From Planctomycetota bacterium (GTDB lineage Bacteria; Planctomycetota; UBA1135; UBA2386): 64,000 bases of DNA. This document shows, piece by piece, positions 9,325-18,063 of the stretch; positions within the stretch are counted from its first letter, which is position 1, and each line of letters begins with the position of its first letter. The position numbers and the translations under genes were made by a program. The DNA is taken from the NCBI GenBank assembly GCA_046290465.1, contig JBKAGP010000001.1, positions 3,808,001 to 3,872,000 of the forward strand, written 5' to 3'. The notes under the pieces were generated by a model. The model had not been told where the DNA came from, did no database searches, and was given only the letters and a program-made list of their open reading frames with translations.

Positions 9325-10191
9325 ATGGCCGAACCGTACCTGATCGACGCGCACGTCCACCTCAACAACTACCACGAGGCGACCCGCAAGCCGACGGTCG
9401 ACAACGTGCGCGAGCTGGTCGAGAAGATGGACGAGATCGGGGTCGACCACGCGATCGTGATCACGTCCTACAAGGTCGACCTGGATCGGCCGAGCGTCGA
9501 GCAGGTGCTCGAGTCCCTCGCCGACAGCCCGCGCGTCACGGTCGTCGAAGGCCTGCGCTGGCGCGGCGAGCAGCGCACCGACCTGTTCACGCTCGAAGAA
9601 CGCATCCGCGACGGTCTCGTGCGCGGCATCAAGCTCTACCCGGGCTACGACCACTATCCGATCAACGACCCGTCGCTCGAGACGGTGTTCCGGATCGCCG
9701 CCAAGCACGACGTGCCGGTGATGATCCACACCGGGGACACCTATTCGAAGACCGCGAAGGTGCGGATGGCGCACCCGCTGCTGGTCGACGACATCGCCGT
9801 CGACTACCCGGACGTTCGCTTCGTCATGTGCCACCTCGGCAACCCCTGGTTCCAGGACGCGGCCGAGGTGCTCTACAAGAACGACAACGTGTTCGCCGAC
9901 ATCTCCGGCCTGACGCTCGGCGAGTTCACCTACGAGTTCGAGCGCTACGTCGCGATGCGGCTGAAGGACATGATCACCTACATGGGCGATCCGGGTAAGC
10001 AGCTGATGTACGGCACCGACTGGCCGCTGGTCCGCATGAAGCCCTACATCAAGCTGCTGCACGAACTCGAGTTCGACGACGAGCAGTTCGAGAACGTCTC
10101 GTGGCGCACCGCGGCCCGGGTGTTCGGGATCACCGAGTCGCAGCTGGCGAAGAGCCGGGCGGCGCGCGGCGGTGGGCCGGGCGCGGGCTGA
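9325..10191 (+). CDS. Amidohydrolase family protein (Amidohydro_2-like)
   Basis: IDAHVH, GIKLYPGY, VMIHTG, CHLGNPW, ADISG, MYGTDWP. Confidence 0.9.
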   Translation: MAEPYLIDAHVHLNNYHEATRKPTVDNVRELVEKMDEIGVDHAIVITSYKVDLDRPSVEQVLESLADSPRVTVVEGLRWRGEQRTDLFTLEERIRDGLVRGIKLYPGYDHYPINDPSLETVFRIAAKHDVPVMIHTGDTYSKTAKVRMAHPLLVDDIAVDYPDVRFVMCHLGNPWFQDAAEVLYKNDNVFADISGLTLGEFTYEFERYVAMRLKDMITYMGDPGKQLMYGTDWPLVRMKPYIKLLHELEFDDEQFENVSWRTAARVFGITESQLAKSRAARGGGPGAG

Positions 10192-10195
10192 CGCA

Positions 10196-10846
10196 TCAGC
10201 GCAGCGAACGGATCGCCGCCAGCGTCTCCTCCGGCTCGGGGCGCCGCGTGTAGTCCGGGTCGGCGTCGATCCGGTGGATGCGGCCGCCGGCCGCGACGAC
10301 GATGCGCGTCGACAGCGGCAACTCCCACGAATCGTCGCCGTTGTGGTCCGGCAGCGAGATGCCGGCACCGAGATAGACCTGGCGCAGGTCCTCGGGCAGC
10401 GTGAACACCAGTCCGAGCTGGCGCGCATACGCGTTGCCGGAGTCACGGAGCACGCGGAACGTCAGGCGATGGCGTTGCCGGACCTCGGCGTTCTTCTCGA
10501 TCGACTGCGGTGAGATCGCGACCAGGTCGGCCCCGAGCTTCTGCAACTCGTCGTGAACCTGCTGCAGAGCGTACAGCTCCGCGTTGCAATAGGGTCACCA
10601 GACGCCGCGGTAGAACGTCACGACCAGCGGCCCGTCACCGTGCAGGTCGACGGCTCGCACGGCGTGGCCGTTCGTGTCGGGCAGCTCGAACGGCGGCAAT
10701 GCCGCGCCGGGTCGGGGCAGGCGGTCGAGGATCCCGGAGTCGCGCAGGTCCTGGGTGGCGCGGTTCATGATCGCCTTGGCTTCGGGCGGCGTGCGCTCGG
10801 CCGAGGCCTGCTTGAGACGGTCCAGTCGTTCTTTCAGAGTCGGCAT
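10196..10846 (-). CDS. Selenocysteine-containing AhpC/TSA peroxiredoxin-like protein (UxxC)
   Basis: ORFs 10595..10846 and 10196..10546 are one frame: GPLVVTFYRGVW-[TGA]-PYCNAELYALQQVHDELQKLGADLVAISPQ. The TGA replaces the first Cys of WCPYC. Confidence 0.9.
10564..10582 (-). promoter_or_regulatory. Candidate bacterial SECIS element of the AhpC/TSA gene
   Basis: GCGGAGC-TGTAC-GCTCTGC hairpin (one G-U pair) starting 12 nt after the in-frame TGA. Confidence 0.78.
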
Positions 10847-10977
10847 GACGGGCTTCGATCGGGGTTGCAGGGTTGGATCCTGCGGTCGGCGTCAGGCGTG
10901 CCTGCTGCGGGCCAGGATTTCCGACGGACGTGTCGACCCCGCAGGGCCGCCCCACAAGGGCCTTGCCGCGAACCTCC

Positions 10978-12630
10978 CTACCGCTCCTCGACCGTCATGT
11001 AGTAGTTGCGGTCGAGTTCGAACGACTCCAGCGCCCCCTCGACCGGCACCCGCACCTTCTGCTCGCCGACCGTCACGCGCCGCTCGGCGCCGTTGACCGT
11101 CACCGCGACCGGCACCTCGAAGCCCGGCACCACCCCTTCGAACCACAGCACCAGTTCGCCCGCGTCGTCGTCGAAGCTGCGGCACAGCACCGGGATCCTG
11201 GTCGTGCGCAGGTACTGGTCGAACACCTTGCCGAAGTCGAACCCGCACTCGCGGCTCATGTAGGCCTCGAACTCCGCGGTGCCGATCGTCTGGTGCCAGA
11301 AGTGCTCGTTGAGGCCGCGCAGCACCTTGCGCCAGCGCACGTCGTCGTCCAGCACGTGCCGCATCGTGTGCAGCATGTTGCCGCCCTTGTAGTACATGTC
11401 GCCCGAACCCGAGTGGTTGACGCCATACGTGCCGATGATCGGCCGGTCGTTGCGGATCAGCGCGCGGCACCCGATCACGTAGTCCTGCGCCTCCTTCTCG
11501 GTGAAGTGGTATTCGACGAACAGGTTCTCGGCGTAGTTCGCGAAGCTCTCGTGGATCCACATGTCGGCGGCATCCTTCATCGAGATGTTGTTGCCCCACC
11601 ACTCGTGCGCCGACTCGTGCACGACGATGAAGTCGAACTTCATACCGACACCGGTCCGACTCAGATCGCGGCCGCGGTAGCCGTTCTGGAAGCCGTTGCC
11701 GTAGGTCACCGAACTCTGGTGCTCCATGCCGAGGTAGGGCACCACGACGATCTTGTAGCTGTCCTCGTAGAACGGGTAGCGGCCGAACCAGTGCTCGAAT
11801 GCGGCCAGCGTGCGCGGCACCTCCGCAAACTGCTTCTTCGCCTGTTCGACCTGGTGCGCCAGCATCCAGTACTGCAGATCGAGCGTGCCGCCCTCGCCCT
11901 CGTAGGTGCCGTCGATCGACACGTAGTTGCCGATGTTGACGTTGACGCCGTAGTTGTTGATCGGGTTGGTGACCTGCCAGTGGAACGTGCTGCGCTTGCC
12001 GTCGTCGCTGTCGGAGCGCTCCTTCAAGCGGCCGTTGCTGACCGCGACCAGCCCCTTCGGAACGGTCACGCGCACGTCCATGCCGCGGTCGGGCTCGTCG
12101 TAGCCGTGGTCCTTGTTGGGCCACCAGATGCTGGCCCCGATCCCCTGGCAGGTCGTCGCGATGAAGTGGTCGCCGTGGTCGTCCTTGCGCCACGAGAACC
12201 CGCCGCTCCACGGCGGGCGCGTGCTCTGCCGCGGCCGGCCGCCGTAGGCGAGCCGCAGCTGGTAGTCGCGCCCCTTCTCGAGCTCGAGGTCGCCGAGCGA
12301 GATCCAGTAGACGTTCTGCTGGCGCTCGAACGCGAGCACCGCGTCCCCGATGCGCGCCTCGTCGAGCTGCAGCGGCGGCTGCAGGTCGATCTGCATGCGA
12401 TCGCCGGCGTCGAGGACCGCGAACGTGATCACGTTGACGCCCTGGATCGACTTGCTGTCGGGGTGCACGTCGAGCGACAGGTCGTAGTGCCGCACGTCCC
12501 ACCAGGCGCGCTCGTCGGTGATCGAGCCGCGGCGGACGTCGTGCTCGGTGAAGCCACTCGGGATGGCCTTCGGAGCGGACTGCGCGAGGCACGCGCTGAG
12601 CGCGGACAGGACGGCGACGATCGAACGCAT
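10978..12630 (-). CDS. M1-family zinc aminopeptidase, secreted
   Basis: GMEHQ, HESAHEWWGN...WIHESFANY (HExxH-x18-E), YYKG; signal peptide ending CLA-Q. Confidence 0.92.
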   Translation of the reverse strand: MRSIVAVLSALSACLAQSAPKAIPSGFTEHDVRRGSITDERAWWDVRHYDLSLDVHPDSKSIQGVNVITFAVLDAGDRMQIDLQPPLQLDEARIGDAVLAFERQQNVYWISLGDLELEKGRDYQLRLAYGGRPRQSTRPPWSGGFSWRKDDHGDHFIATTCQGIGASIWWPNKDHGYDEPDRGMDVRVTVPKGLVAVSNGRLKERSDSDDGKRSTFHWQVTNPINNYGVNVNIGNYVSIDGTYEGEGGTLDLQYWMLAHQVEQAKKQFAEVPRTLAAFEHWFGRYPFYEDSYKIVVVPYLGMEHQSSVTYGNGFQNGYRGRDLSRTGVGMKFDFIVVHESAHEWWGNNISMKDAADMWIHESFANYAENLFVEYHFTEKEAQDYVIGCRALIRNDRPIIGTYGVNHSGSGDMYYKGGNMLHTMRHVLDDDVRWRKVLRGLNEHFWHQTIGTAEFEAYMSRECGFDFGKVFDQYLRTTRIPVLCRSFDDDAGELVLWFEGVVPGFEVPVAVTVNGAERRVTVGEQKVRVPVEGALESFELDRNYYMTVEER

Positions 12631-12662
12631 GGGCAACGTTGTAGACGATCGTCGCCCGCATG

Positions 12663-12694
12663 GTAGGCCGCCGGCGGGATGGCCGGCGGCCTGC
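12663..12694. repeat. GTAG-led palindrome (REP-like or terminator stem)
   Basis: GT-AGGCCGCCGGC-GGGATG-GCCGGCGGCCT-GC, 11-bp perfect stem. Confidence 0.6.
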
Positions 12695-12697
12695 GAT

Positions 12698-14104
12698 TCG
12701 ATCGTCCTGCTGGGGCTCGATCGGCAGGAAGGGCTCGAACGCGCCGCGGTCGATCTGGCTGCCCTTGATGCGCATCGTGCCGTCGTAGTCGAACGGCATC
12801 GGCTCGGTCACGTTGCCGTCCCCGTCCGCGTCGAAGTAGTCCTGCTGCACGAACGCCTGCGTGCCGGTGTTGACGCAGAAGCTGCTGGTGCTGATGTGCA
12901 GGTTGCCGTTGGCCGGGTCGAGGAACAGCGGGTCGACGTAGAAGTTGTTGGCGATCGTCGCGCCACAGGCCGGCGCACCGATGGCCGCGTTGGTCAGATC
13001 GTTGTTGGCGATCACGACCGGCAGGTCGCTGCACTGCAGCGTGATCGCGTACCAGGTCTGGAACTCCGGCTCGGTCAGGGCCGTGTTGCCGTAGCTGATG
13101 CAGTTCCAGATGCGCGTCTGGATCTCCGGCAGGCCGTGGCCCTGGTCGTGCGACAGGCCGCCGCCCATGCCCGAGCGGTTGCCCGAGAAGCTGCAGTTGG
13201 CGATGTCCGACGCGGCCCACGCGCCGAGGTGCAGACCACCGCCCATGTCGACCGCCGCGTTGCGATCGAACACGCAGTTCATGAAGCGAACGCGCGGGTC
13301 CTGCTGGACGAAGTCCTGCGGCGTGTCGATCATGCAGCCGCCGCCGAGGTCACCGGCGACGTTGAGGCGGAACAGCGTGTTGTAGACGTGCGAGTGCTGC
13401 GACAGCTCGCCGCTGCCGTGATCCATCACGTAGATGCCGCCACCGGCGATGCCGGCGTTGTTGCTGATCAGCCGGCACTGGTAGGCGTTGAGCGTGCCGC
13501 CCTGCGCGTAGATGCCGGCGCCGGCCGTGTCGGCCTTGCAGTCGCGCACGCGCACGTCGCGCAGCTCCAGCGAGTGGCCGCCGATCGGACCGCCGGTCAG
13601 CGGCGCGGTGTAGAGGATGCCGGCGCCGACGTCCTCGTAGCTGCCGTTGCCGGTCGCGTTGCCGTCGATGATCTTGACGCGTTCGATCCGGGTCGTGCCG
13701 GTGACGCCGGGAGGGATGACGACGCTGACGACGTGACGCGCGCGGCTCGGACCACCCGAGACGACTTCGCCGTCGAGGATCGTCTTGGCCGGCAGGCCGA
13801 GCGGCGTGCCGTTGGTCTCGTTGCCGAGGAAGCCGCCGATCAACGTGACGTTGGGCCCGACCTGGAACGTCGAGTTGGCGAGCTGATTGAGCTGGCCGGC
13901 AGGGATCGTGCTCGGTCGGTAGGTGCCTTCGGCGACGTAGATGAGGGCGCTGCCGCCGCTCATCGCCAGTGCGGTGTTGAGGTCGTTGTAGGCCGTCGCC
14001 CAGCTGACGCCGTTGCCGCCGGCGGGGGCGCTGTCGTCGACGAAGACCTGGGCTTGCGCGCTCGCGGACAGGACGGCGGCGAGCAGGATGGTGTGCTTGT
14101 TCAT
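12698..14104 (-). CDS. Secreted right-handed parallel beta-helix (pectin-lyase fold) protein; no stop codon at the expected 3' end (end approximate)
   Basis: Signal MNKHTILLAAVLSASAQA-Q; VFVDDSAPAGGNGVSWATAYNDL, IYVAEGTY, N-A-GGG-IY repeats, DPLFLDPANGNLHI...IDRGAFE. Protein-like sequence ends near 12700 but the frame stays open to 10892. Confidence 0.8.
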
Positions 14105-14227
14105 GGGTTCTCCTTGGGTTTCCCGGCGAGCGACGTTGCTCGCGCTGCCCCCAGGGCGGACTTCGACCGCCGCCGTTACGGCACGGAATCACGGTTTGCC
14201 GGGCGTTCGAACGCGTCCGTCGCTATC

Positions 14228-14259
14228 GTGCTTGCCCCCGAACCGCGGGGAGCAAGCAC
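14228..14259. promoter_or_regulatory. Inverted repeat overlapping putative -10 and RBS of atuA-like gene
   Basis: GTGCTTGCCCCCG-AACCG-CGGGG(A)GCAAGCAC ends at the base before ATG 14260; TATCGT at 14224-14229. Confidence 0.55.
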
Positions 14260-15621
14260 ATGCGCGACAAGATCCACATCGGTTACGGCCAGGGATTCTG
14301 GGGCGACTCGATCCTCGGCCCCGTTCGCCTGGTCAACGAAGGTCCGCTCGACTACCTCGCCCTCGACTACCTGGCCGAGGTGACGATGAGCATCATGCAG
14401 AAGCTCAAGAGCCGGAATCCCGACGCCGGCTACGCGACCGACTTCGTGCGCATGCTCGACCGCACCCTCGACCAGATCGCCGACAAGGGCATCAAGGTCA
14501 TCGCCAACGCGGGCGGCGTGAACCCCGAGGCCTGCCTCAACGCGGTGCTCGACCTCGCCAGGAAGAAGGGCATCCAGGGACTCAAGGTCGGCATCGTCGA
14601 GGGCGACGACATCCTGACGCGCGTGCCCGAGCTGCTCGCCGCCGGCCACGACATGAAGAACATGGACGACGGCCGGCCGCTGTCGGAGGTGCAGGACAAG
14701 CTGCTCAGCGCCAACGCCTACATCGGCGCGTTCTCGGTGGCGGAGTGCCTGGCCGCCGGCGCGCAGATCGTCATCTGCGGCCGCGTCACCGACCCGGCGC
14801 TGGTCGGCGGCCCGATGGTGCACGAGTTCGGCTGGCAGCCGACCGACTACGACAAGCTCGCGGCGAGCACCGTCGCCGGCCACATCGGCGAGTGTGGCGC
14901 GCAGTGCACCGGCGGCAACTACACGCGCTGGCGCGAGGTCGAGGACTTCGTGCGGATCGGCTACCCGGTGATCGAAGCGACGCCCGACGGCACCTTCACG
15001 GTCACCAAGCACGAAGGCACCGGCGGCCTGCTGACCCGCAACACGGTCGTCTCGCAGCTGCTCTACGAGATGGGCGACCCCAACAACTACCTCGGCCCCG
15101 ACTGCGCCGCGGACTTCACCAGCGCCAGGATCGAAGAGGTCGGGCCGAACCGCGTGCAGATCTCGGGCGTCAAGGGCAGCGCGCCGACCGACACCTACAA
15201 GGTCTCGCTGAGCTACCAGAACGGCTACAAGGCGACGGGTCAGCTGACCATCGCGGGCCCGGACGCCATCGACAAGGCGAAGCTGTGCGCCGACATCGTC
15301 TGGGGCCGGCTGGCGTTCGACGGCTGCGAGTTCGCCGACGACGAGAAGATGGTCGAGTTCGTCGGCGCGGGCATGACCCACGCCGGCATCCTCGAATCCA
15401 ACGACCCGCCCGAGGTCGTGCTGCGCATGGGCGTCAAGTGCGGCCACAAGGCCCGGGTCGATCGCTTCGGCAGCGAACTGGTGCCGCTGGTCACGTCCGG
15501 ACCACCGGGCGTCACCGGCTTCGCGGGCGGCCGCCCGAAGGCGACGGACATCGTCGGCTACTGGCCGGCACTGCTCGACAAGAACCAGGTCAAGACGCGC
15601 GTGCGCGTGGAGGAGTCGTAA
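14260..15621 (+). CDS. atuA: Acyclic terpene utilization AtuA family protein (DUF1446)
   Basis: GQGFWGDS, DYLAEVTMSI, NAGGVNP, SANAYIG, GRVTDPAL, GHIGECGAQCTGGN, QLLYEMGDP. Confidence 0.9.
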   Translation: MRDKIHIGYGQGFWGDSILGPVRLVNEGPLDYLALDYLAEVTMSIMQKLKSRNPDAGYATDFVRMLDRTLDQIADKGIKVIANAGGVNPEACLNAVLDLARKKGIQGLKVGIVEGDDILTRVPELLAAGHDMKNMDDGRPLSEVQDKLLSANAYIGAFSVAECLAAGAQIVICGRVTDPALVGGPMVHEFGWQPTDYDKLAASTVAGHIGECGAQCTGGNYTRWREVEDFVRIGYPVIEATPDGTFTVTKHEGTGGLLTRNTVVSQLLYEMGDPNNYLGPDCAADFTSARIEEVGPNRVQISGVKGSAPTDTYKVSLSYQNGYKATGQLTIAGPDAIDKAKLCADIVWGRLAFDGCEFADDEKMVEFVGAGMTHAGILESNDPPEVVLRMGVKCGHKARVDRFGSELVPLVTSGPPGVTGFAGGRPKATDIVGYWPALLDKNQVKTRVRVEES

Positions 15622-15935
15622 TGGCGAAGGTCAAGCTGAGTGAGTTCGCGATGGCGCGCAGCGGCGACAAGGGTGACGGCAGCAACGTCGGCATCTTCGT
15701 CACCAACGAAGCCGACTACGAGGTGATCAAGCGCGAGCTGACGGTCGAACGCGTGCAGCAGCACTTCCGGGAGATCTGCTTCGGCGAGATCACCCGCTAC
15801 GAAGCGCCCAACATGCTCGCGCTCAACTTCCTGCTGCGCGACAGCCTCGGCGGCGGTGGCAGCGAGAGCCTGAAGACCGACGCGCAGGGCAAGACGCACG
15901 GCCTCGGCCTGCTCGAGCTCGAGGTCGAGCGCTGA
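15621..15935 (+). CDS. AtuA C-terminal-domain-like small protein
   Basis: TAATG stop/start overlap, RBS GGAGG; ARSGDKGDGSNVG, RYEAPNMLALNF, LGGGG, DAQGKT. Confidence 0.85.
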   Translation: MAKVKLSEFAMARSGDKGDGSNVGIFVTNEADYEVIKRELTVERVQQHFREICFGEITRYEAPNMLALNFLLRDSLGGGGSESLKTDAQGKTHGLGLLELEVER

Positions 15936-16114
15936 TTGGCGGGGCGGCAATCGGCCGCCGCAAACAAAGAACGGCGAGGCGCGCCGGCCGCACTGCGCGC
16001 CGAAATGCGTAACCCGCCGCGGAGACCCTGCTTCGGCGACAGACGCGAAAGCGTCATTACGGACCTGCGCCAGGAGGCTCCAACTGGCGCGTAAGACGCT
16101 ATGTTCTCCGCGTC

Positions 16115-17716
16115 ATGAGGAAGGCCCTCTTCATCAGTTTCGTGGTCGCCATGCCGGTTGTCGCGCAATCGCCCGGCCTGCGCCTGTTCTCCCCCACCCA
16201 GACGAACAACACGCAGATCGTGGACGGCAACGGCACCACGGTCCACTCGTGGAGCGGGTTCAACAGCACCGTCGTGCACATGGATCACGACGGCAACCTG
16301 ATCCGCGGCATGGTCGAGCCGAACTCGGGCTTCCCCGGCACGACCGGTCGCCTGCAGCGTCGCGACATCAACGACAACCTGCTGTGGGATCTCGTCGTCA
16401 CGGACTCCGAGCACCTGATGCACCACGACATCTGTGCGCTGCCCAACGGCAACGTGCTGGTCATGGCCTCGGACATCATGACGCAGGCCGAGGCGATCGC
16501 CGACGGCCGCGACCCGGCGCTGCTGACCGCGCCCGACTGGTTCCCGGCGGGCATCCTCGAGATCCAGCAGACCGGTCCGACCACCGGCCAGATCGTCTGG
16601 GAGTGGCACGTCCAGGATCACCTGGTGCAGGACTTCGATCCGACCAAGAACAACTTCGGCGTCGTGTCGGACCACCCGGAGCTGGTCGACATCAACTACC
16701 CGCCGATCCTGCTCGACGTGATCGGGGACTGGACCCACGCCAACGGCATCGACTACGACCCGATCAACGACTGGATCATCATCAGCTCGCGCGCGCAGGA
16801 CGAATGCTGGCTGATCGACCACTCGACGACCACCGCCGAGGCGGCCGGGCACACCGGCGGCGCGCGCGGCCGCGGCGGCGACATCCTGTGGCGCTGGGGC
16901 AACCCGCAGTGCTACGGCCGCGGCACGTCGGCCGACCGGCAGCTGTTCAAGCAGCACGACCCGCGCTTCATCCCGCCGGGCTGCCCGGGCGCTGGCAACA
17001 TCACGATCTTCAACAACCAGGCGATGCCCGGTCAGTCCTCGGTGATCGAACTGACGATGCCGGTCGACACCCAGGGCAACCCGTTCGTCGATCCGGTCAG
17101 CAACGTCTTCGGGCCGGCCGCGCCGGTGTGGACGTTCACCGAGCCGGGCTTCTTCTCGGCGTTCGTGTCGGGTGCGCAGCGCCTGCGCAACGGCAACACG
17201 TTGATCTGCAGCGGCGCCAACTCGCTGCTGTTCGAGGTCACCCCGGCCGGCCAGACCGTCTGGAGCTACACCTACCCGACCGGCGACATCATCTTCCAGT
17301 GCGACGCGATCGAGCGCCGGATGTGGACGAGCGGCAAGGAACTGTCGGTCGCCAACGGCGGCATCATCGACTGCACGCACATCTGCGACACCGAGCGCAC
17401 CGGCGACTTCTACTACCTGCTCGGCTCGCTGGCCGGCACGACGCCGGGCACGACGCTGCCGGGCGGCGTGATCCTGCCGCTCAACACCGACGTGCTGCTG
17501 GTCGGCATGGTCACGCACCCGAACATCACGGTGTTCGTCGACACGCTCGGCACGGTCGACGCGGTCGGCAAGGCCAACTCGTCGATCCAGATCCCGCCGG
17601 GTCTGCTGGTGCCCGCGCTGATCGGCGCGGAGATGAACCTCTGCCACGCGCTGATCGACAGCACCGGCTACGTGGTCGAGATCAGCAACGTCGAGTCGGT
17701 GCAGATCACGCCGTAG
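16115..17716 (+). CDS. Secreted aryl-sulfate sulfotransferase (ASST family) with C-terminal extra domain
   Basis: HHDICALPNGNVL, VWEWHVQDH, DWTHANGIDY, LWRWGNP, QHDP, SGAQRLRNGNTLI. Confidence 0.88.
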   Translation: MRKALFISFVVAMPVVAQSPGLRLFSPTQTNNTQIVDGNGTTVHSWSGFNSTVVHMDHDGNLIRGMVEPNSGFPGTTGRLQRRDINDNLLWDLVVTDSEHLMHHDICALPNGNVLVMASDIMTQAEAIADGRDPALLTAPDWFPAGILEIQQTGPTTGQIVWEWHVQDHLVQDFDPTKNNFGVVSDHPELVDINYPPILLDVIGDWTHANGIDYDPINDWIIISSRAQDECWLIDHSTTTAEAAGHTGGARGRGGDILWRWGNPQCYGRGTSADRQLFKQHDPRFIPPGCPGAGNITIFNNQAMPGQSSVIELTMPVDTQGNPFVDPVSNVFGPAAPVWTFTEPGFFSAFVSGAQRLRNGNTLICSGANSLLFEVTPAGQTVWSYTYPTGDIIFQCDAIERRMWTSGKELSVANGGIIDCTHICDTERTGDFYYLLGSLAGTTPGTTLPGGVILPLNTDVLLVGMVTHPNITVFVDTLGTVDAVGKANSSIQIPPGLLVPALIGAEMNLCHALIDSTGYVVEISNVESVQITP

Positions 17717-17767
17717 CGGCGGAGCCGCTGCAGCCGGGCATGTCTGCCCGGCCGCCGGCGGCAGGGC

Positions 17768-17871
17768 TCAGGCCAACCCCGATCAGGCCAACCCCGATCA
17801 GGCCAACCCCGATCAGGCCAACCCCGATCAGGCCAACCCCGATCAGGCCAGCCCCGATCAGGCCAGCCCCG
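17768..17871. repeat. 15-bp tandem repeat x7 (TCAGGCCARCCCCGA)
   Basis: Copies at 17768, 17783, 17798, 17813, 17828, 17843, 17858. Confidence 0.92.
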
Positions 17872-18013
17872 CCAGCGTGCGCTCGACCTTGTCGGCCTCG
17901 GCGGTCTTGGCCGCGAACGCGACGATGTCGCCGCGCCGCTGCAGATCGCGGGCTTCCTGCAGGAGCTTCCGGTGCAGTCGCTCGAGGCGACGACGCTTCC
18001 ACCACTTGAGCAT
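17858..18013 (-). CDS. Small 51-aa helical protein, DUF6435/Lacal_2735-like (below ORF-track cutoff)
   Basis: MLKWWKRRRLERLHRKLLQEARDLQRRGDIVAFAAKTAEADKVERTLAGLA-stop; GC3-rich codons; downstream of the methyltransferase on the same strand. Confidence 0.75.
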   Translation of the reverse strand: MLKWWKRRRLERLHRKLLQEARDLQRRGDIVAFAAKTAEADKVERTLAGLA

Positions 18014-18063
18014 GCGGAGCCGTTCGCGCGGCCGCCGGCCACGGATGCGCCGGCGGGCCGCGA

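Noticed and set aside
3767..10846. msrA and ahpC-like genes as nonsense pseudogenes
   Set aside because: Both TGAs fall exactly on catalytic Cys positions, with no other lesions and matching downstream hairpins; Sec recoding is more parsimonious
10892..12697. Genuine 1070-aa protein (ORF 10892..14104)
   Set aside because: C-terminal 600 aa are Arg/Pro-rich off-frame translation over the M1 peptidase gene
15600..15640. Frameshifted single atuA gene
   Set aside because: Clean TAATG coupling with its own GGAGG RBS indicates two genes
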